This document shows positions 39,951 through 55,518 of a DNA stretch of 64,000 bases, in pieces. The position numbers were made by a program, and so were the translations under genes. Origin of the DNA: Octopus sinensis (Eukaryota). The stretch's first letter is position 1. Every line of letters starts with the position of its first letter. The notes beneath the pieces were generated by a model that searched no databases, was not told the DNA's origin, and saw nothing but the letters and a program-made list of their open reading frames with translations. The stretch covers positions 6,696,001 to 6,760,000 of the forward strand of contig NC_043012.1 in assembly GCF_006345805.1 (NCBI RefSeq). The letters are read 5' to 3'.

Positions 39951-41440
39951 CAGTGTACATCTAAACACAAAAGAGGTATCCATCATAGGACTACCTGCAC
40001 GCTAGAGATGACAGTTAAATTCCAAACTACTATTAAGGATAAAATTTCAAATGGAATGAAAAATAAAATCATTTACCATCTAACTCTTGGACCAATGGTT
40101 TCAGACTTTTTTTGCAAATAAAATAATTTGCTAGGTGAGGCCTTCTTCAGCAGGTACACCTTAGATTAAATATATATATATATATATATATGCCATTGAA
40201 ATCAGGAACCTGACCCTTATGAGTCTATAGGGTTTGAGAAAAATGCTTTATTCTTACTTATGACTTCATAGTCAAATGTGTCCTTCCTTTCAAGGCACAA
40301 GTGTACAGTTTTGAAGAGATACGTGCCTGCTATTTCTAACTGGTTGAGAGATCATGTGAAGTCTTTCCTGTTGATTTGTGTGAAAAGCAAGTTTTATGCT
40401 GAAGAGAAAAACCATCATCTAAATTAGTATTGACCGAATCAATAAATGTATATTGAACTGGATTTTATGATATTGATAGTGGTGGTGGTAGCTTAGAGGT
40501 GGTATGGTCATGATGGTTATGGTGGTGGTGGTAGAGAGAATAATTGTGGTGATGGAGATGGCGGTGAACTTGTTAGTAACAGTGGTGGTAGTTGGAGGAG
40601 TGATATGGTAGGTCATGCAGTGATGGTGGTAGTGGTGGTGGTGTTGTTGACGAAAATGGTGCTGGTGACCGTGATGATTTTAATGTTGGTAGCAATGATG
40701 ATGATGATGGAGTAGTGGTTGTAGCAATGTTTGTCTTTGCAGCAGCAGCAGTAACAGTAGTTATAGTACTATTAATTGGTACTGGTAAGGCAGCAAGCTG
40801 GCAGAGTCATTAGCATGCTGGGCAAAATGACTTTGCAGCATTTCATACATCTTTATGTTCTGGGTTCAAATTCTGCTGAGGTCAACTTTGCCCTTTCATC
40901 CTTTTGGAGGTGAGGTGGGGGGTCAATAGAATTAGAATGAGACGAACACTGGAGTTGATGTAATCAACTTACCCCTCCCCCAAAATTGCTGGCCTTGTGC
41001 TAAAATTTCAAACCAGTAATAACCACATTGGGGTCATAGTTTTGATACCAGTGGTAGGATTGGTGCTGCTTGCGAAAACCATGGTGTTGGAGATTGTCAT
41101 GGTGCTGGTAGTGGTTTCCGTCTGATCTGGCATGGTGGTGGTAGTGGAGGAAGCAATTTATACGATAAATAAAATCTGCTTCATTTACTTTTTCATTCTT
41201 TTACTTGTTTCAGTAAGTTGACCATGGCCATGCTGGAGCACCACCTCGAAGGGTTGTTATTTTAGTTGAACAAATTGACCCAAGGACTTTTTTGTTTTAA
41301 AAAAGCCTAGCACTTATTCTATCAGTCTGTTTTGCAGAGCTGCTAAGCTGTGGGGATGTAAACACACTAACACTAGTTATCAACTGGAGAAGCAAGGACA
41401 AATACAGACACAAAGATGCACACATACACACACACCAACG

Positions 41441-41474
<34 letters not shown>

Positions 41475-42839
41475 CGTGATGGTGGCACATAAAAGCACCC
41501 ATTACACACTCAGAGTGGTTATCATTACGAAGGGCATCCAACCGTAGAGACCATGCTAAATCAGATTGGAGTCTGGTGCAGCCCCTCAGCTTACCAGCCC
41601 TGGTTAAATCATTGAATCCATGCCAGCATGGAAAATGGACATTAAATGATGATGATGACGATATATATATATACATATATGGGCTTCTTTCAGTTTCTGT
41701 CAACAAAATCTACTCACAAGGCTTTGGAGGACTTGAGGCTATAGTAGAAGACACTTGCCCAAGGTTCCATGCAGTTGGATTGAACTCGGAACCATGTGGT
41801 CGGGAAGCAAGCTCCCTACCACACAACCACGTCTATGCCTTGAATTCTAGACATAAATTTCAGAATTAAACACTGCTGCCGCTATCACCACCAGCATCAC
41901 CACCAGCATCACCACCAACAACAACAACCGCAACAAGATATAAAAAATCCCCACCATTGCTCAGAGACTGTATAAATTAGTTTGATACAGAGAAGGCAAA
42001 AAACAACAACAAACAAAATATCCAAACGAAACTGCTATTGGCTGAATCAACAACAAATATTTTAAACTGGATTTAATGATAGTTATGCTCCAGGGTTTTG
42101 TTTTAATTTAACAGTTGATAATTAACAATTCATAAGCCATGAAATTTAATGAAAAAAAAATAGAAAAAACTAAAAAGAAACACATCACTGTTTGTTAGAG
42201 GTCACACGGATAAATGAAAGCCAGGGACGTTTGTGTATATGTAAGAGGAAGATGGCGCAGAAATTTGATGTATGGCGGTGGCGGTGGTGGTGGAGGTGGG
42301 TGATGGTGGTGGTGGCGCTTGTGGGGGAGGGCGGGGGACATGGAAGCTTCCATTTGTATAATTAATAAAATGATTTTGAGATATAGCTAAAATATAAATT
42401 AACGACTAACATTTTAATGTAAATGATATAAAGCATTGTTTATATGCAACCTATTTTTAATAGGAAAATAAAAGTGCGTCAGGTTTTGTGTGTGTGTGGT
42501 GGTGGTGGTGGGGGGGGCGGTATTTTGGTCGAGTCAGACTCTTGCTACACTGAAATTCATTTCAGGATGCACAGAGTCTTCAGGCAAGTTGGTGAAATTC
42601 AGAAGTGCAAAAAACTGACTCAACAAATATAAAATATTATCAATCTCTATAACAGCATCAGGTACCCTTTGTCCCAACAGTCAACACTAGATGTGTGTGA
42701 TGTGTGTGTGTATGTGTATATATATATATATATATATATAGTTAATCCAAACAAGAAAACACAAAAAAAACACAGCAATGTGAGGACATGGAACAAATAA
42801 AGTATTATTGGATGCTCAGGAAAGAAGAGAAGAAGGAGG

Positions 42840-42874
42840 GTTTAACGTTTCGAGCGGAGCTCTTCGTCGGAAAC
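42840..42874 (-). ncRNA. Minimal hammerhead-like motif with U4C core variant (family 3), within a repeat at about 42740-42944
   Basis: GUUU-CCGACGA-A-GAGC-UCC-GCUC-GAA-ACGU-U-AAAC. Confidence 0.55.
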
Positions 42875-42943
42875 ATAGGAGAAGGAAAGATCCAGAGAAG
42901 GGAAGACAGAGGAAAAAAAATCGCCAACGGTACTCACAAGGTC

Positions 42944-44232
<1,289 letters not shown>

Positions 44233-45110
44233 TAACAGCAAATATCCAGGGTCTTTATCCGAAAACAAAACAGTGTAAAGTCCCTTTCTTGGAAGAATTA
44301 GCAACAGAAAACAACTCCAAAATAATTGGAATTTCTGAAAGTCATTTCAACGAAAACATCCGCAACAGCGAAATCACAATCAATAGATTCAACATCTTCA
44401 GATGTGATAGACAAGGCAGATCCCATGGGGGCGTTATCATGTATATCCATGATACCTATGCATGCATAGAACTTGTCAATGAATCAAATGCCTACTGCAG
44501 CCTGCTGTGCATAAAAATCATCCAACTTAATACAGTTGTAACAATAATGTACAGACCGCCAAACAGCCCAACATTATCCTTCACTGAGCCACTGACGAAG
44601 CTCCAACAAATTCTGGGAAACATGGCAAGTCCAATGCCAGACATTATCCTCCTTGGTGACTTCAACTTCCCTAACATCATCTGGCCACATGGACACATAC
44701 TAAAACTGGGGACAAAAGCTGAACAAATACAGGCAGCCAAACTGTTGGAAGTTACAGAGAAATTATACCTCAAACAAATGATGACAGAAGCAACAAGAAA
44801 TAATAATACGATCGACTTGGTTTTCACCAACAACGAGGACACGCTATTTGACCTTCACTCAACCCCAACAATCCTTTCAGACCACAATATTATTGAAATG
44901 CATTTACACATTGGTAATGAGCCCAATGCCACAACTCTTAAACAAAAGGACATGCCAAGCTATGCAGGTATGATTATCACCAGGCAAATTGGGAAACTAT
45001 TAACAACCAGTTACAAATCATTGACTGGGATCTCTACCTTACTGGGCCAGATAACACACAAGAAATTCTTAAACAAGATCGAAGAAATATGTGAAAAAAT
45101 GTTCCTCTAA

Positions 45111-47219
45111 AGAAAACCAAGTCCACAAAAAAACCTGTACCACCAGGAGCGAAAGATCCTGATGCGCAAAAGGTCAAGACTAAGAAACAAAACATCTAAG
45201 CTGACATCAAAACATGAATTACAGAAAGTCCTTGACCAAATATACAGATTAGAAGACAATCTAAAACAACACTATGATGAAGAACGTAACAATGCAGAAA
45301 AGAGAGCCATAGAAAACATCAAGAAAAATCCAAAATGTTTCTACAGTTTTGCAAAGAAATACTCGAACACCAAGTCAACAATAGGACCTCTCCAGAGACA
45401 AAATGGGAATGTAGTGAATAACCCTATTGAAATGGCAGAAATGTTGGGTCAACAGTATGAAAGTGTCTTCAGTGAGCCATCTAAAACCATGAAGATCCAT
45501 GACCCAGGAAAATTCTTCAAGGATATCGACCATACTAAACCTACCCTATCCGACATTGATTTCAACCCAGAAGACATAGAAAGAGCCATAGACAAGCTCT
45601 CCATGCACTCGGCTGCGGGGCCTGACGGTTTCAATGCCATGATACTTAAAAACTGCAAGGCACAATTGTCGAAACCCCTTTACATGATATGGAGGGAATC
45701 TATGGAGAATGGCAAAATACCAAATACATATAAAGAAGCACACATAACTCCAATACATAAAGGGGATAGCAAATCAAAACCAAAGAACTACCGACCAATC
45801 TCACTGACATCACACATTATCAAGGTCTTCGAAAGAATAGTTCGTGGAAAACTGGTTGAGTTCCTGGAATCCAACAATCTGATGAATTGCAACCAGCATG
45901 GATTCAGGTTAGGTAGATCATGCCTTTCCCAACTACTGGCACACCATGACCAAATCCTAGAAAATCTAGAGAATGGATACAACACAGATGTTATCTACCT
46001 CGACTTTGCCAAGGCATTTGACAAGGTAGATCATGGCATCCTGGGTCACAAACTTCGAAAGCTAGGAGTAGGAGGAAAAGTTGGTACATGGATACACGAG
46101 TTCCTTACAAATAGAACTCAAACAGTCACTGTGAATGGAACCCATTCAACACCATCACCTGTGACCAGCAGTGTTCCTCAGGGTACAGTACTCGGCCCAA
46201 TCCTGTTTCTCATCCTCATCTCTGACATAGATGAAGATACAACCAGCAACGTCTCATCCTTTGCTGATGACACCAGGGTCATGAGACAAATCAAAGACGA
46301 GGTGGATACAGAGGCCTTACAAAAGGACCTGACCACCATATATAAATGGCAGGAAACAAACAACATGTTGTTCAATGATAAGAAGTTTGAACTAATTCGC
46401 TACGGAACAGATCAAGATCTGAAAAATACAAAAAACTACAGAAACCCATCAGGACAACAAATAATGGAAAAACAGTATGTGAAAGATTTAGGCATCCACA
46501 TGGGAACCAACCTAAAATTCAGAGAACACCTTGACTCAGTCTGTCTTACTGCAAGAAAGTACAGCGGGTGGATCTTGCGCACCTTCAAATCAAGAGATAC
46601 CTCAACAATGAAAACCCTCTGGAACAGTATGATACTTCCGAGGATTGACTACTGTTCTCAGTTGTGGTCACCAACAACAAAGGGCCAACTATCTAAGATA
46701 GAATCGCTCCAAAGAAATTTTACCTCATACTTCTCAGAAACGAGGGACCTGGACTATTGGCAAAGACTCAAAACCTTGAGGATGTACTCAATAGAAAGAA
46801 GATTTGAGCGATACCGAATTATATACATTTGGAAAATAATAGAGCAGAAGGTGCCAAACTTTGGTATCAAAACCTACCACTCACTGCGCCACGGAAGACG
46901 TTGCCAGCTGCCACCAATCAACAAAAAGGCTGGCCAGGCAGCAAAAACCCTGCGAGAATCAAGTCTGTTGGTTCGAGGAGCACAACTGTTTAACTCCATT
47001 CCGGTACATGTCAGAAATCTATCAGGATGCAGTGTGGAATCATTCAAATTGCAACTGGATAGATACTTAAGCACCATTAGAGATGAACCCCATCTCCCAG
47101 GATATACACAACGAGCACAAACTGACTCAAACTCGCTCCTACACATGTCAAATTTAAGCAGAGAATACAACCTGGCAACCACACCAGACTCTGAGGGTGG
47201 AGTCTTCGACTTGGCCTGA
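45111..47219 (+). CDS. LINE ORF2 reverse transcriptase and C-terminal domain, uninterrupted
   Basis: 685-aa tracked ORF, open from 45111, with NYRPISLTS, QHGFR, YLDFAKAFDKVDH, VPQGTVLGP, catalytic FADD and KDLG motifs. Confidence 0.95.
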   Translation, partial: RKPSPQKNLYHQERKILMRKRSRLRNKTSKLTSKHELQKVLDQIYRLEDNLKQHYDEERNNAEKRAIENIKKNPKCFYSFAKKYSNTKSTIGPLQRQNGNVVNNPIEMAEMLGQQYESVFSEPSKTMKIHDPGKFFKDIDHTKPTLSDIDFNPEDIERAIDKLSMHSAAGPDGFNAMILKNCKAQLSKPLYMIWRESMENGKIPNTYKEAHITPIHKGDSKSKPKNYRPISLTSHIIKVFERIVRGKLVEFLESNNLMNCNQHGFRLGRSCLSQLLAHHDQILENLENGYNTDVIYLDFAKAFDKVDHGILGHKLRKLGVGGKVGTWIHEFLTNRTQTVTVNGTHSTPSPVTSSVPQGTVLGPILFLILISDIDEDTTSNVSSFADDTRVMRQIKDEVDTEALQKDLTTIYKWQETNNMLFNDKKFELIRYGTDQDLKNTKNYRNPSGQQIMEKQYVKDLGIHMGTNLKFREHLDSVCLTARKYSGWILRTFKSRDTSTMKTLWNSMILPRIDYCSQLWSPTTKGQLSKIESLQRNFTSYFSETRDLDYWQRLKTLRMYSIERRFERYRIIYIWKIIEQKVPNFGIKTYHSLRHGRRCQLPPINKKAGQAAKTLRESSLLVRGAQLFNSIPVHVRNLSGCSVESFKLQLDRYLSTIRDEPHLPGYTQRAQTDSNSLLHMSNLSREYNLATTPDSEGGVFDLA

Positions 47220-47421
47220 GCATGGACTCAAACCCAAACGAAATGAAACGAAATGAAATGAAATATATACACACATATACCAGATCAGACTGGAGCCTAA
47301 TGCATCCTACTGGCTTGTTCGTCCTCAATCAAACCGTCCAACCCATGCCAGCATGGAAAACGGACATTAAACGATGATGATGATGATGATGATATATATA
47401 TATATATACATGGATATACGT

Positions 47422-47453
<32 letters not shown>

Positions 47454-47534
47454 CAACTTATTTATTGAGGACTTCTTACTGGTATTTAGATTTTTTTTGT
47501 ATCTCAAGTTGGTATCTCTGTGTCTAATATCCTT

Positions 47535-47569
<35 letters not shown>

Positions 47570-49016
47570 TTCTCCCCCTGTCTGTCTGTCTCTCTCTCTC
47601 GCTTCTCTCTCCAACTCAGTCAAGTATCTCCTCTACTGTAAGGTGTCTATTTCTTTCCCTCTAATCATACTCTAACTTTTCATCCCCTTGGACAAAGCCA
47701 CCTCCCTACTACTCACCCCACCCCCACAGTTGAGAGGGGTTAGGGGGTCTTGCTGCATAAACAGCACCCTGTACACTTTGCAAAGACTTGGCATGGTCAT
47801 CATCATCATCCTCATCATATATCCTACTTGGTGTTACAAAAGGCATCCTACTGTAGACACCATACTAAAAGCAGACGACCAAGCCTGGCACAACCTTTTG
47901 ACTTACCAGCACCTGTCACACTCACTGATCCAGCCTAGAATGGACGTAGGGTGTATGATGACGATGATGATGATTTAGATACGGCAATCAATTTTTATAG
48001 CTTTTTTTTTTGTCGTACTTGAGAAGAAGAACCATGAAGCTGAGCAATACTGCAGATGTAGCAGATGTTGGTCTCACGCAAATGTACCCATGCTGGTGGC
48101 ATGTAAAAGCAACCATTACACTCTCAGAGTGGTTGGCACTAGGAAAGGCATCCAGTCATAGAAACCATGCCAAATAAAACTGGTGTCTGGTGCAACCTTC
48201 CAGCTTGCCAACCCTGGTCAAAATTTCCAACTCATGCCAGCATGGATAACAGACATTAAATAATGATGATGATGATGATGATTAATTAATTAATCAAAAT
48301 CTTTAATGAACCATAATAAAAATAACTACCTTTTCCTCCTAACAAATTTGTAAAATTAATATGATAATATTGATTAATATAATTAATATACAAAATTACA
48401 TAATTATATTTGAATGTGATGGATAAGCCATTTCATCAGGAGATAATAAATATTATAAATGGCCATTAATAATATCATTAAGTTTGGTACAATGATTGTG
48501 TATATTTAAATGATGAACTTGTAAAGTGTTTCCATCTATCAAGTTCCATTGTTAGGTATTGGTCATTCTGAAACTATAGTAAAAAAAACTTTTCCCAAAG
48601 TACCACACGGTGGAATTGAACTGGAAATGAAGTAATTAAAAAGCAAACTCCATTTCCACAGAGTCAAATATAAAATTTCACATACATACATACATACATA
48701 CATACATACATACATACATACATACATACATACATACATACATACATACATGCATGCATGCATGCATGTAGGTATCTAATGCTCGAAATGAGTAGATGGA
48801 CAGCTGATGAAGAGTTGTTCTTTGTGTAACATGTCCTTTTTCCATTTTCTTCTCTCATTGTTTGCGTATTCACCTCATTTATTTTCCTATTTCTTGTTGT
48901 TTACTGTTGGTGATGTCCTGCACTCATATATGCACACACACACACACACACACACATATTCATATACATACATATTTATATACATACATGCACACATATA
49001 TATATATTATTTATAT

Positions 49017-49057
<41 letters not shown>

Positions 49058-49214
49058 TAAAACTTACTTGGAAATGATTGAGTGGAGTTTGATCATATAA
49101 TAATATAAATAATATATATATATATATATTATTTAAACTATTATATATAAAAATATATATATGTACACACACACATTTATATTTTGTGTTATAAATAGAA
49201 CATCCATGGCTGGG

Positions 49215-49353
49215 TGTGTGATAACGGAAAACAAATTATGATCATTATTATTATTATTATTATTATTATATTATTATTATCATTATTATTATTATTACTA
49301 TTACTATTATTATTACTATTATTTTTTATTATTATTATTATTATATTATTATA

Positions 49354-49400
<47 letters not shown>

Positions 49401-49585
49401 TATTATTATTATTATCATATTATTATTATTATTATTATTATTATATTATTATTATTATTATTATTATCATTATTATTATTATTATTTATTATTATTATTA
49501 TATTATTATTATCATTATTATTATATTATTATTATTATTATTATATTATATTATTATTATATTATTATTATTATTATTATTATCT
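49215..49585 (+). repeat. (ATT)n microsatellite
   Basis: Read directly. Other large simple arrays: (AAT)n 580-830, (TA)n 14385-14775 and 42935-43112, mixed 16840-18020, (TATG)n 33050-33270, (ATG)n 60300-60780 and GT-rich 60850-62120. Confidence 0.9.
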
Positions 49586-50508
49586 TTTGGGTGTTAGTTG
49601 AAATATGGAATGGTGATAGAATATCCAGTTTATTCTGAGAAGACAGATGGGATACTACAAAATACTTTTTGTTTTGTCTAATGTATCTTTCACTTTGATA
49701 TTGATATCATACCCTTCACCATATCTGTGTGGAGTTATTTCTCTGTTTTGTTCTTTCTATCTCTCTCTCTCTGTCTTTCTTTCTCTCTCTGCCAACACAC
49801 ACACATAAGCATGCATACACACACACGCATACATACACATACACACATGCATACATACATACATACATACATACATACATACATACATACATACTTTCCA
49901 GAAGTTTATCATTTAAATATATATGAGCATGTCTAGATATGCAACAATATGCATGAGAATACATACATAAAACATACAAATCTACACCCATACATACGTA
50001 CAAACAAAAATACCCTGTTGTTGATATTGAGATTCCAGTGAAGGAACCTTGAATCTAGGTTAGAAGCCGGTTCTTTTTCTATTGGCAAGAAATCTTCAAA
50101 TAAACTGAATAATGACATACATACATACACACATACATACGTAGATACATACATACACACATACATACATACATACATACATACATACATACATACATAC
50201 ATACATACATACATGCATACATCATCACTTGAAGCCTGCTTTCCATGCTGGTATGGGCTGGAATGGTTTGGCAGGCGCTGATGAGCCAGAGGACAGTGCC
50301 AAGCTCAACGGTCTGTTTTGTCGTGGCTTCTACAGCTGGATGCTTTTCCTATCACCTACCTTTCTACAGAGTATACTGGGTGCTTTTTACATGGCTCCAG
50401 GACCAGCAAAACTACCAAATAATTTGCATGACAAGACCCTTTCAAGTGAAGTGGTAGTGGTGTTGAGGGGGATGGCTTTGTGCCAGGTATGATAGAACAG
50501 GTATGATA

Positions 50509-50737
50509 AGGCGGCGAGCTGGCAGAAACGTTAGCATGCCGGGCGAAATGCTTAGCGGTATTTCGTCTGCGTTACGTTGTGAGTTTGAATTCCGCCGAGG
50601 TCGACTTTGCCTTTCATCCTTTCGGATAAATCAAGTACCAGTTACGCACTGGGGTCGATGTAATCGACTTAATACCTATGTCTGTCCTTGTTTGTCCCCT
50701 CTGTGTTTAACCCCTTGTGGGTAATAAAGAAATAGGT
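50509..50737 (+). mobile_element. SINE family A copy
   Basis: Near-identical to 3815-4050. Other copies lie at about 13345-13600, 13660-13862, 15205-15415, 16130-16312, 28980-29125, 29487-29662(-), 37187-37400(-), 39310-39470, 40786-41012, 54880-55085(-), 58702-58915 and 61140-61295(-). Confidence 0.78.
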
Positions 50738-51583
50738 ATGATAGAACGATAAGGTTAGAATATGACAGAGGAATGGTACATATACCCTTTTTTTTTTCTT
50801 CTACTTACCACAATCATCAGGCTACTTTCTCTCTCTCTCTCTCCTGACTATAACTTTCTCTTTCTCTTCTGCCACTTCTGTCTTTCGAAGCACATATATT
50901 TCTCCTTAGCCCTAATTTTATCTCCTCTTTCTAGTATTTCCACTGCAGGACCACTGTTTGAAATGTTAAAATCCCTACCTCTTCCTAACAGTGTAAAACT
51001 GAAAAAACACTATATACTATAGAATCTTGTTCACTGTGTTAATAGTTTGAGCTTTCTCTCTTCTTGATACTTATCTCACCTGCCTCATCATCTTCACCAT
51101 CATCGCTATTCAACATGCACTTTTCCATGCTTACATGAGTCAAATGGATTTCTTTAGGCAGATTGTCCATGCTTGGATGCCCTACCTACCACCAACCCTG
51201 ACCTGTTTCCAAGCAAGTTAATATCTATCCATGACCGGGCATGTTTTCCATGGGAGACTGGAAACAAATATATTCTTTCTTTTATTCTTTTACTTGTTTC
51301 AGACAGTTTGACTGATGTCATGCTGGAGCACCGCCTTTTAGTCAAACAAATCAATCCTAGGGCTTTAATTTTTGTAAACCTGATACTTATTCTATCGGTC
51401 TCTTTTGCTGAACTGCTAACTCACAGGGACATAAACACACTAACATCAGCTGTCAAGTGTTGGTGGTGGTGGGGGAACAAACACAGACACGCACACAAAT
51501 ATATACATATATATATATAAAATATTTTTCAGAATGAGATGAAAAACCCAAGGCTGTGAAGATTTTAGAACATTTATAAACAG

Positions 51584-51627
51584 GTCTTACAGCTGTTTCC
51601 AGGATATTTATTATATCCCTTCATCAG
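51584..51627 (-). ncRNA. Hammerhead motif (family 2) that has lost the 5' strand of helix I
   Basis: CUGAUGA-AGGGAUAU-AAUAA-AUAUCCUG-GAA-ACAGCUGU-A-AGAC. It shares about 45 bp of flanking repeat with the 32.8-kb copy. Confidence 0.55.
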
Positions 51628-52210
51628 CTGCATTTTTGATTGTCGTGGATAAAAGCCTTCCATCTCATTCTTTGGACTTATTTTAACATGAACGTTTTCA
51701 CAACTTAGTGTATATGTGTGTATGTATATATATATATATATATATATATGTTTCTCCATGCTGGTGCCATGTAAAAAGCACCCATTACACTCTATAAAGT
51801 GGTTGGCATTAGGAAGGGCATCCAGCCATAGAGACTATGTGAAAACAGACATTTAGGGCTTAGTGAAGCTCTCCAGCTTGCCAGCTCCTGTCAAACCATC
51901 CAAACCATGCCAGTATGGAAACAGTTGTTAAATGATGATAATGATGCTGATGATATACACACAAAAACACACACACACACATACACATACACACACACAA
52001 ATAGGCTTCTTTCAGTTTCCATTTATCAAACTCGCGAAGCTTTGGTCAGCCTGGGGCTATAGTCGAAGACAATTGCCCAAGGTGCTGTGTCATGGGATTG
52101 AACCTCAGCCACACAGCCATGCCTAGTGCCTAGTGTATACTAACACCCTGACACAGACTGTAGCCTAGTTAATTAGATTACACTCATCTAGGATTATTCT
52201 GGATCTGTCT

Positions 52211-52519
52211 CTGTATTCCTCAACCATTTTTTTGCCTGGGGACCCTGTTGATTCCTATCTTACCCAGATGGAACCTCCAAGCCATTCAATGTTTCAAAAA
52301 GTCCTTTTACATTTTTATAATTAAATGTTATTTGGAATTATACAAAAAACAAAAATTGTTAAATTCATCATCATCATCATCATTTAGCGTCCGCTTTCCA
52401 TGCTAGCATGGGTTGGACTTATTTCATGAATTATAGAAATATAACCAATTTATTGCAGATAAATACAAAATCTTATGTGGACCCCCAAGGGCCATATGGT
52501 CTACGGTTGAGAACCACTG
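52211..52519. mobile_element. hAT-like MITE with a small RTE-tail insertion
   Basis: The right end GGTTGAGAACCACTG matches the left end CTGTATTCCTCAACC at 11 of 15 inverted positions. Confidence 0.4.
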
Positions 52520-52524
52520 ATCTC

Positions 52525-53115
52525 ATTATCATCGTCATTTAATGTCTGTTTTCCATGCTGTCATGGGTTGGATGGTTTGACAGAAGCTGACCATCTGAAG
52601 GGCTGCTCAGGCTCCATATCTGTTTTGGCAGGGTTTCTATAGCTGGATGCCCTCCTTAATGCCAACCACTCTACAGAATGTACTGGGTGCTTTTATGCAG
52701 CACCAATATGCAGTGATGCATTGTGACCTTAAGCAAGACACTATATTTCTCGTTACTTTTTATGTGGCACCAGTACCTACAAGCCTGCAAAATTAGGGAT
52801 GCTCAGCTGGAGAGGTTTGCAGGGGACAAGCCTGTATGCAAAGACAACCAAGGTTTTACTTAGTTCAACATGTTTTTTCAAACACAGCAAACTGCCAGGA
52901 ATCTCAGTCCCCTGTCCTTCCCTCTGTGGGTCCCAACATTTGTAGATCTTTTCTTGCCACTTTATTCCACGTCTTCTTGGGTCTACCCCTTCCACAATTA
53001 GCAATCAGCACCTCTTTATGCAACTGTCTTCATTCATACACATTCCATGGCCATACCAGCACAGTCTTCTCTCTTGCACATTACATCTAATGCTACGTAC
53101 ACCCAGTTTTTCTCG
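52525..53115 (-). mobile_element. Degenerate RTE LINE 3' region
   Basis: The minus strand reads LREKLGVRSIRCNVQERRLCWYGH..MNEDSCIKRC*LLIVEG, followed by the family 3' UTR. Confidence 0.65.
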
Positions 53116-55518
53116 CAATATGAAGAAGATATGGCACATGCAAGTGAGAGGAGTCCACTGTCTCAGCTAATTGTATTATGTTCTCTTCAGCAGATGGATT
53201 TCGTATTTCTTGTTATTCCTTCCCCAAAAGTGAAATTTTCCAGTCGAAGTCACAGACTCTATTCTACCATACTTTCTTCTCCTACTTCTTCCTTTCCTTC
53301 TTCTTCATATACCATTCAGTATAGCATTTCCATTTCTAAACTCCACATTCTTCAGTAACCATCAAAATGCTTATTTTTCTCCACTCAAACAATTTACTTG
53401 ATAGAATTTTCACTTCCAAAACCAATATCCTATTTCTGAAGCAACAGAAGCAGCAACAACAACCAGCAACAATGGTGAAAATGGTGACGGCACTGGTAGT
53501 GGTGATGTTGATGGCGATGATGATGATGATGTGGAGGAGGAGGAGGTGGAGGAGGAAGATCTCTCCCTTGCGAAGACTGGATGTCCTGTTTTCCATCGTG
53601 AATAAAAATAAAATCAATATCTATTTTGGAAAGCTTAAACTTGATCCCCGTGAGTGATCCTAGATGAATATCTGTGTAAGTGTGATTGTGTGTGTTTGAA
53701 TGTGTGTGTGACTGTGTGTGTGTGTGTGTGTGTGTGTATGCTAGAAGAATCCTGGTTATCTTCGTTGTCTGTTGGTAAACATAAATATATCTCGTAATCA
53801 CGATGAAAAGCAAACAGCTTCAATCCGACGCATGTGCATCCACCCTAAGCCTAATTCCTTGTTTACATGCAGGAAGCAAAGTCGGAAAAAGCTACTTCAC
53901 GTTACTCAAACAACCTATCGTGTTTCTCTCGATTCGGCATAATATTCAATCAGTGGAGCATGCATGGCAGTAAGTAGAGTAAAGGGTGAGGAAGTGAGTT
54001 CAAACCCAACCCGGATTGCTATCTAGTTGAACTGATCGATTTTTTTGCTTGTTTTTATTTTTGCATGTGTGGTTTTGGAAAGGATGGTGGGGTGTGAGTT
54101 GATGGCCGGCTGTTAATTAAGCCCTCCATTGACTGAAATTATGAATGGGGTCAGCGGATCAAATGAGGTAGCAAGGAGACTAATGAAAAAAATTGAACTT
54201 CATATCCAGTGTCTTTCGCCAAAGGCATGCACACACATGCACGCGCACGCGCACACAAACATACACACACACACATGCTCAAACACACACACACATGCAT
54301 GCTCACAGACAGAAACATGCATGCTCCCACACACACACACTCACACATACACACATGCTCACACACACACACAAAGACACACTCACACACTCACACGTAT
54401 GTTCACACACACACACACACCACACACACACACACACAATGGCCTGCCACTCAATTTCCGTCCACCAAATTCACTCATAAAGGTCAGCTTAAGGGTTCAG
54501 TCTCTCTGTGCAACCCCTTAGGCAAGTGTCTTCCACTATGGCTTCAGACTGACCAACGCCCTCTGTGTGCCCCTCTGTACTCCACCACTCCTATCCTCCA
54601 CCCACGCAGCTGCTTCACAACTGGTATTTGTTTACATCACTGTAACTTAGCAGTTTTGCAAAAGAGATCGATAAAAAAAAATATCAGAGTTAAAAATAAG
54701 CATTGGGGTCAATTTATTTGAGTAAACCATTCGAGGTAAGTCTGCCCCAGCATGGCCAGAATTTAGTGACAGGGCGAAGTAAAAGAAAAATACACAACAT
54801 ATGAGATACAAAAAAAAAAGAAAAAAATGGTCATGATTGAATGGTTATTTATTTCAGGTCTTAGGTGGGGGTTAAATAATTCTTTCTATATAAGCACAAG
54901 GACTGACATTTGGTGGACAGGGGACAAGTTGATTACAGGGGACTAGTTGATTACATTGACCCCAGTGCTAAAAAGGGGGAAAGGCAGAGTTGACCTCAGC
55001 AGAATTTGAAATCAGAATGTAAAGCCGGAGGTAAGGCCACTATGCATTTTGTCCAGGCTGCTAACGATTCTGCCAGCTCACCACCCTCAGTAGGGGTTAA
55101 ATAACAGCAACATTTTGGCACTCCATTGATTACAAAGGGTTCAAGTTGATCCTATCAATGGAACAGCCTGCTCGTGAAATCAATTTGAAAGTGGCTGAGC
55201 ACTCCATGGACACACATACCCTTAATGTAGTTCTCAAGCTGTTTGAGTGTGGCACAGAATGTGACAAGGCCGGCCCCTTTAAATTACACGTACAACTCAT
55301 CTTTGCCAGCTGAATAGACTGGAACAATGAGAAATAAACTGACTTGCTTAAGGTCACAATGCATCACTGTATATTGAACTCCATGACCTTGTGACCATGA
55401 GTTGAACACCCTAACCACTAAGCCAAGTGTCTCCACAGGGTAACAATAACAATATAAGAAAATTAGAAAATTACTATTTGTAAATCTCACAACATGAGAT
55501 ATTCAGCAACAGTACTTT

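Noticed and set aside
40255-40395. Minus-strand segment with good acceptor and donor
   Set aside because: It has stops in all three frames and overlaps a common repeat motif.
53940-54200. Possible enhancer or first exon (TAATTA, CCATTGA, GTAAGT)
   Set aside because: The short motifs are expected by chance, and part of the region looks like a decayed SINE head.
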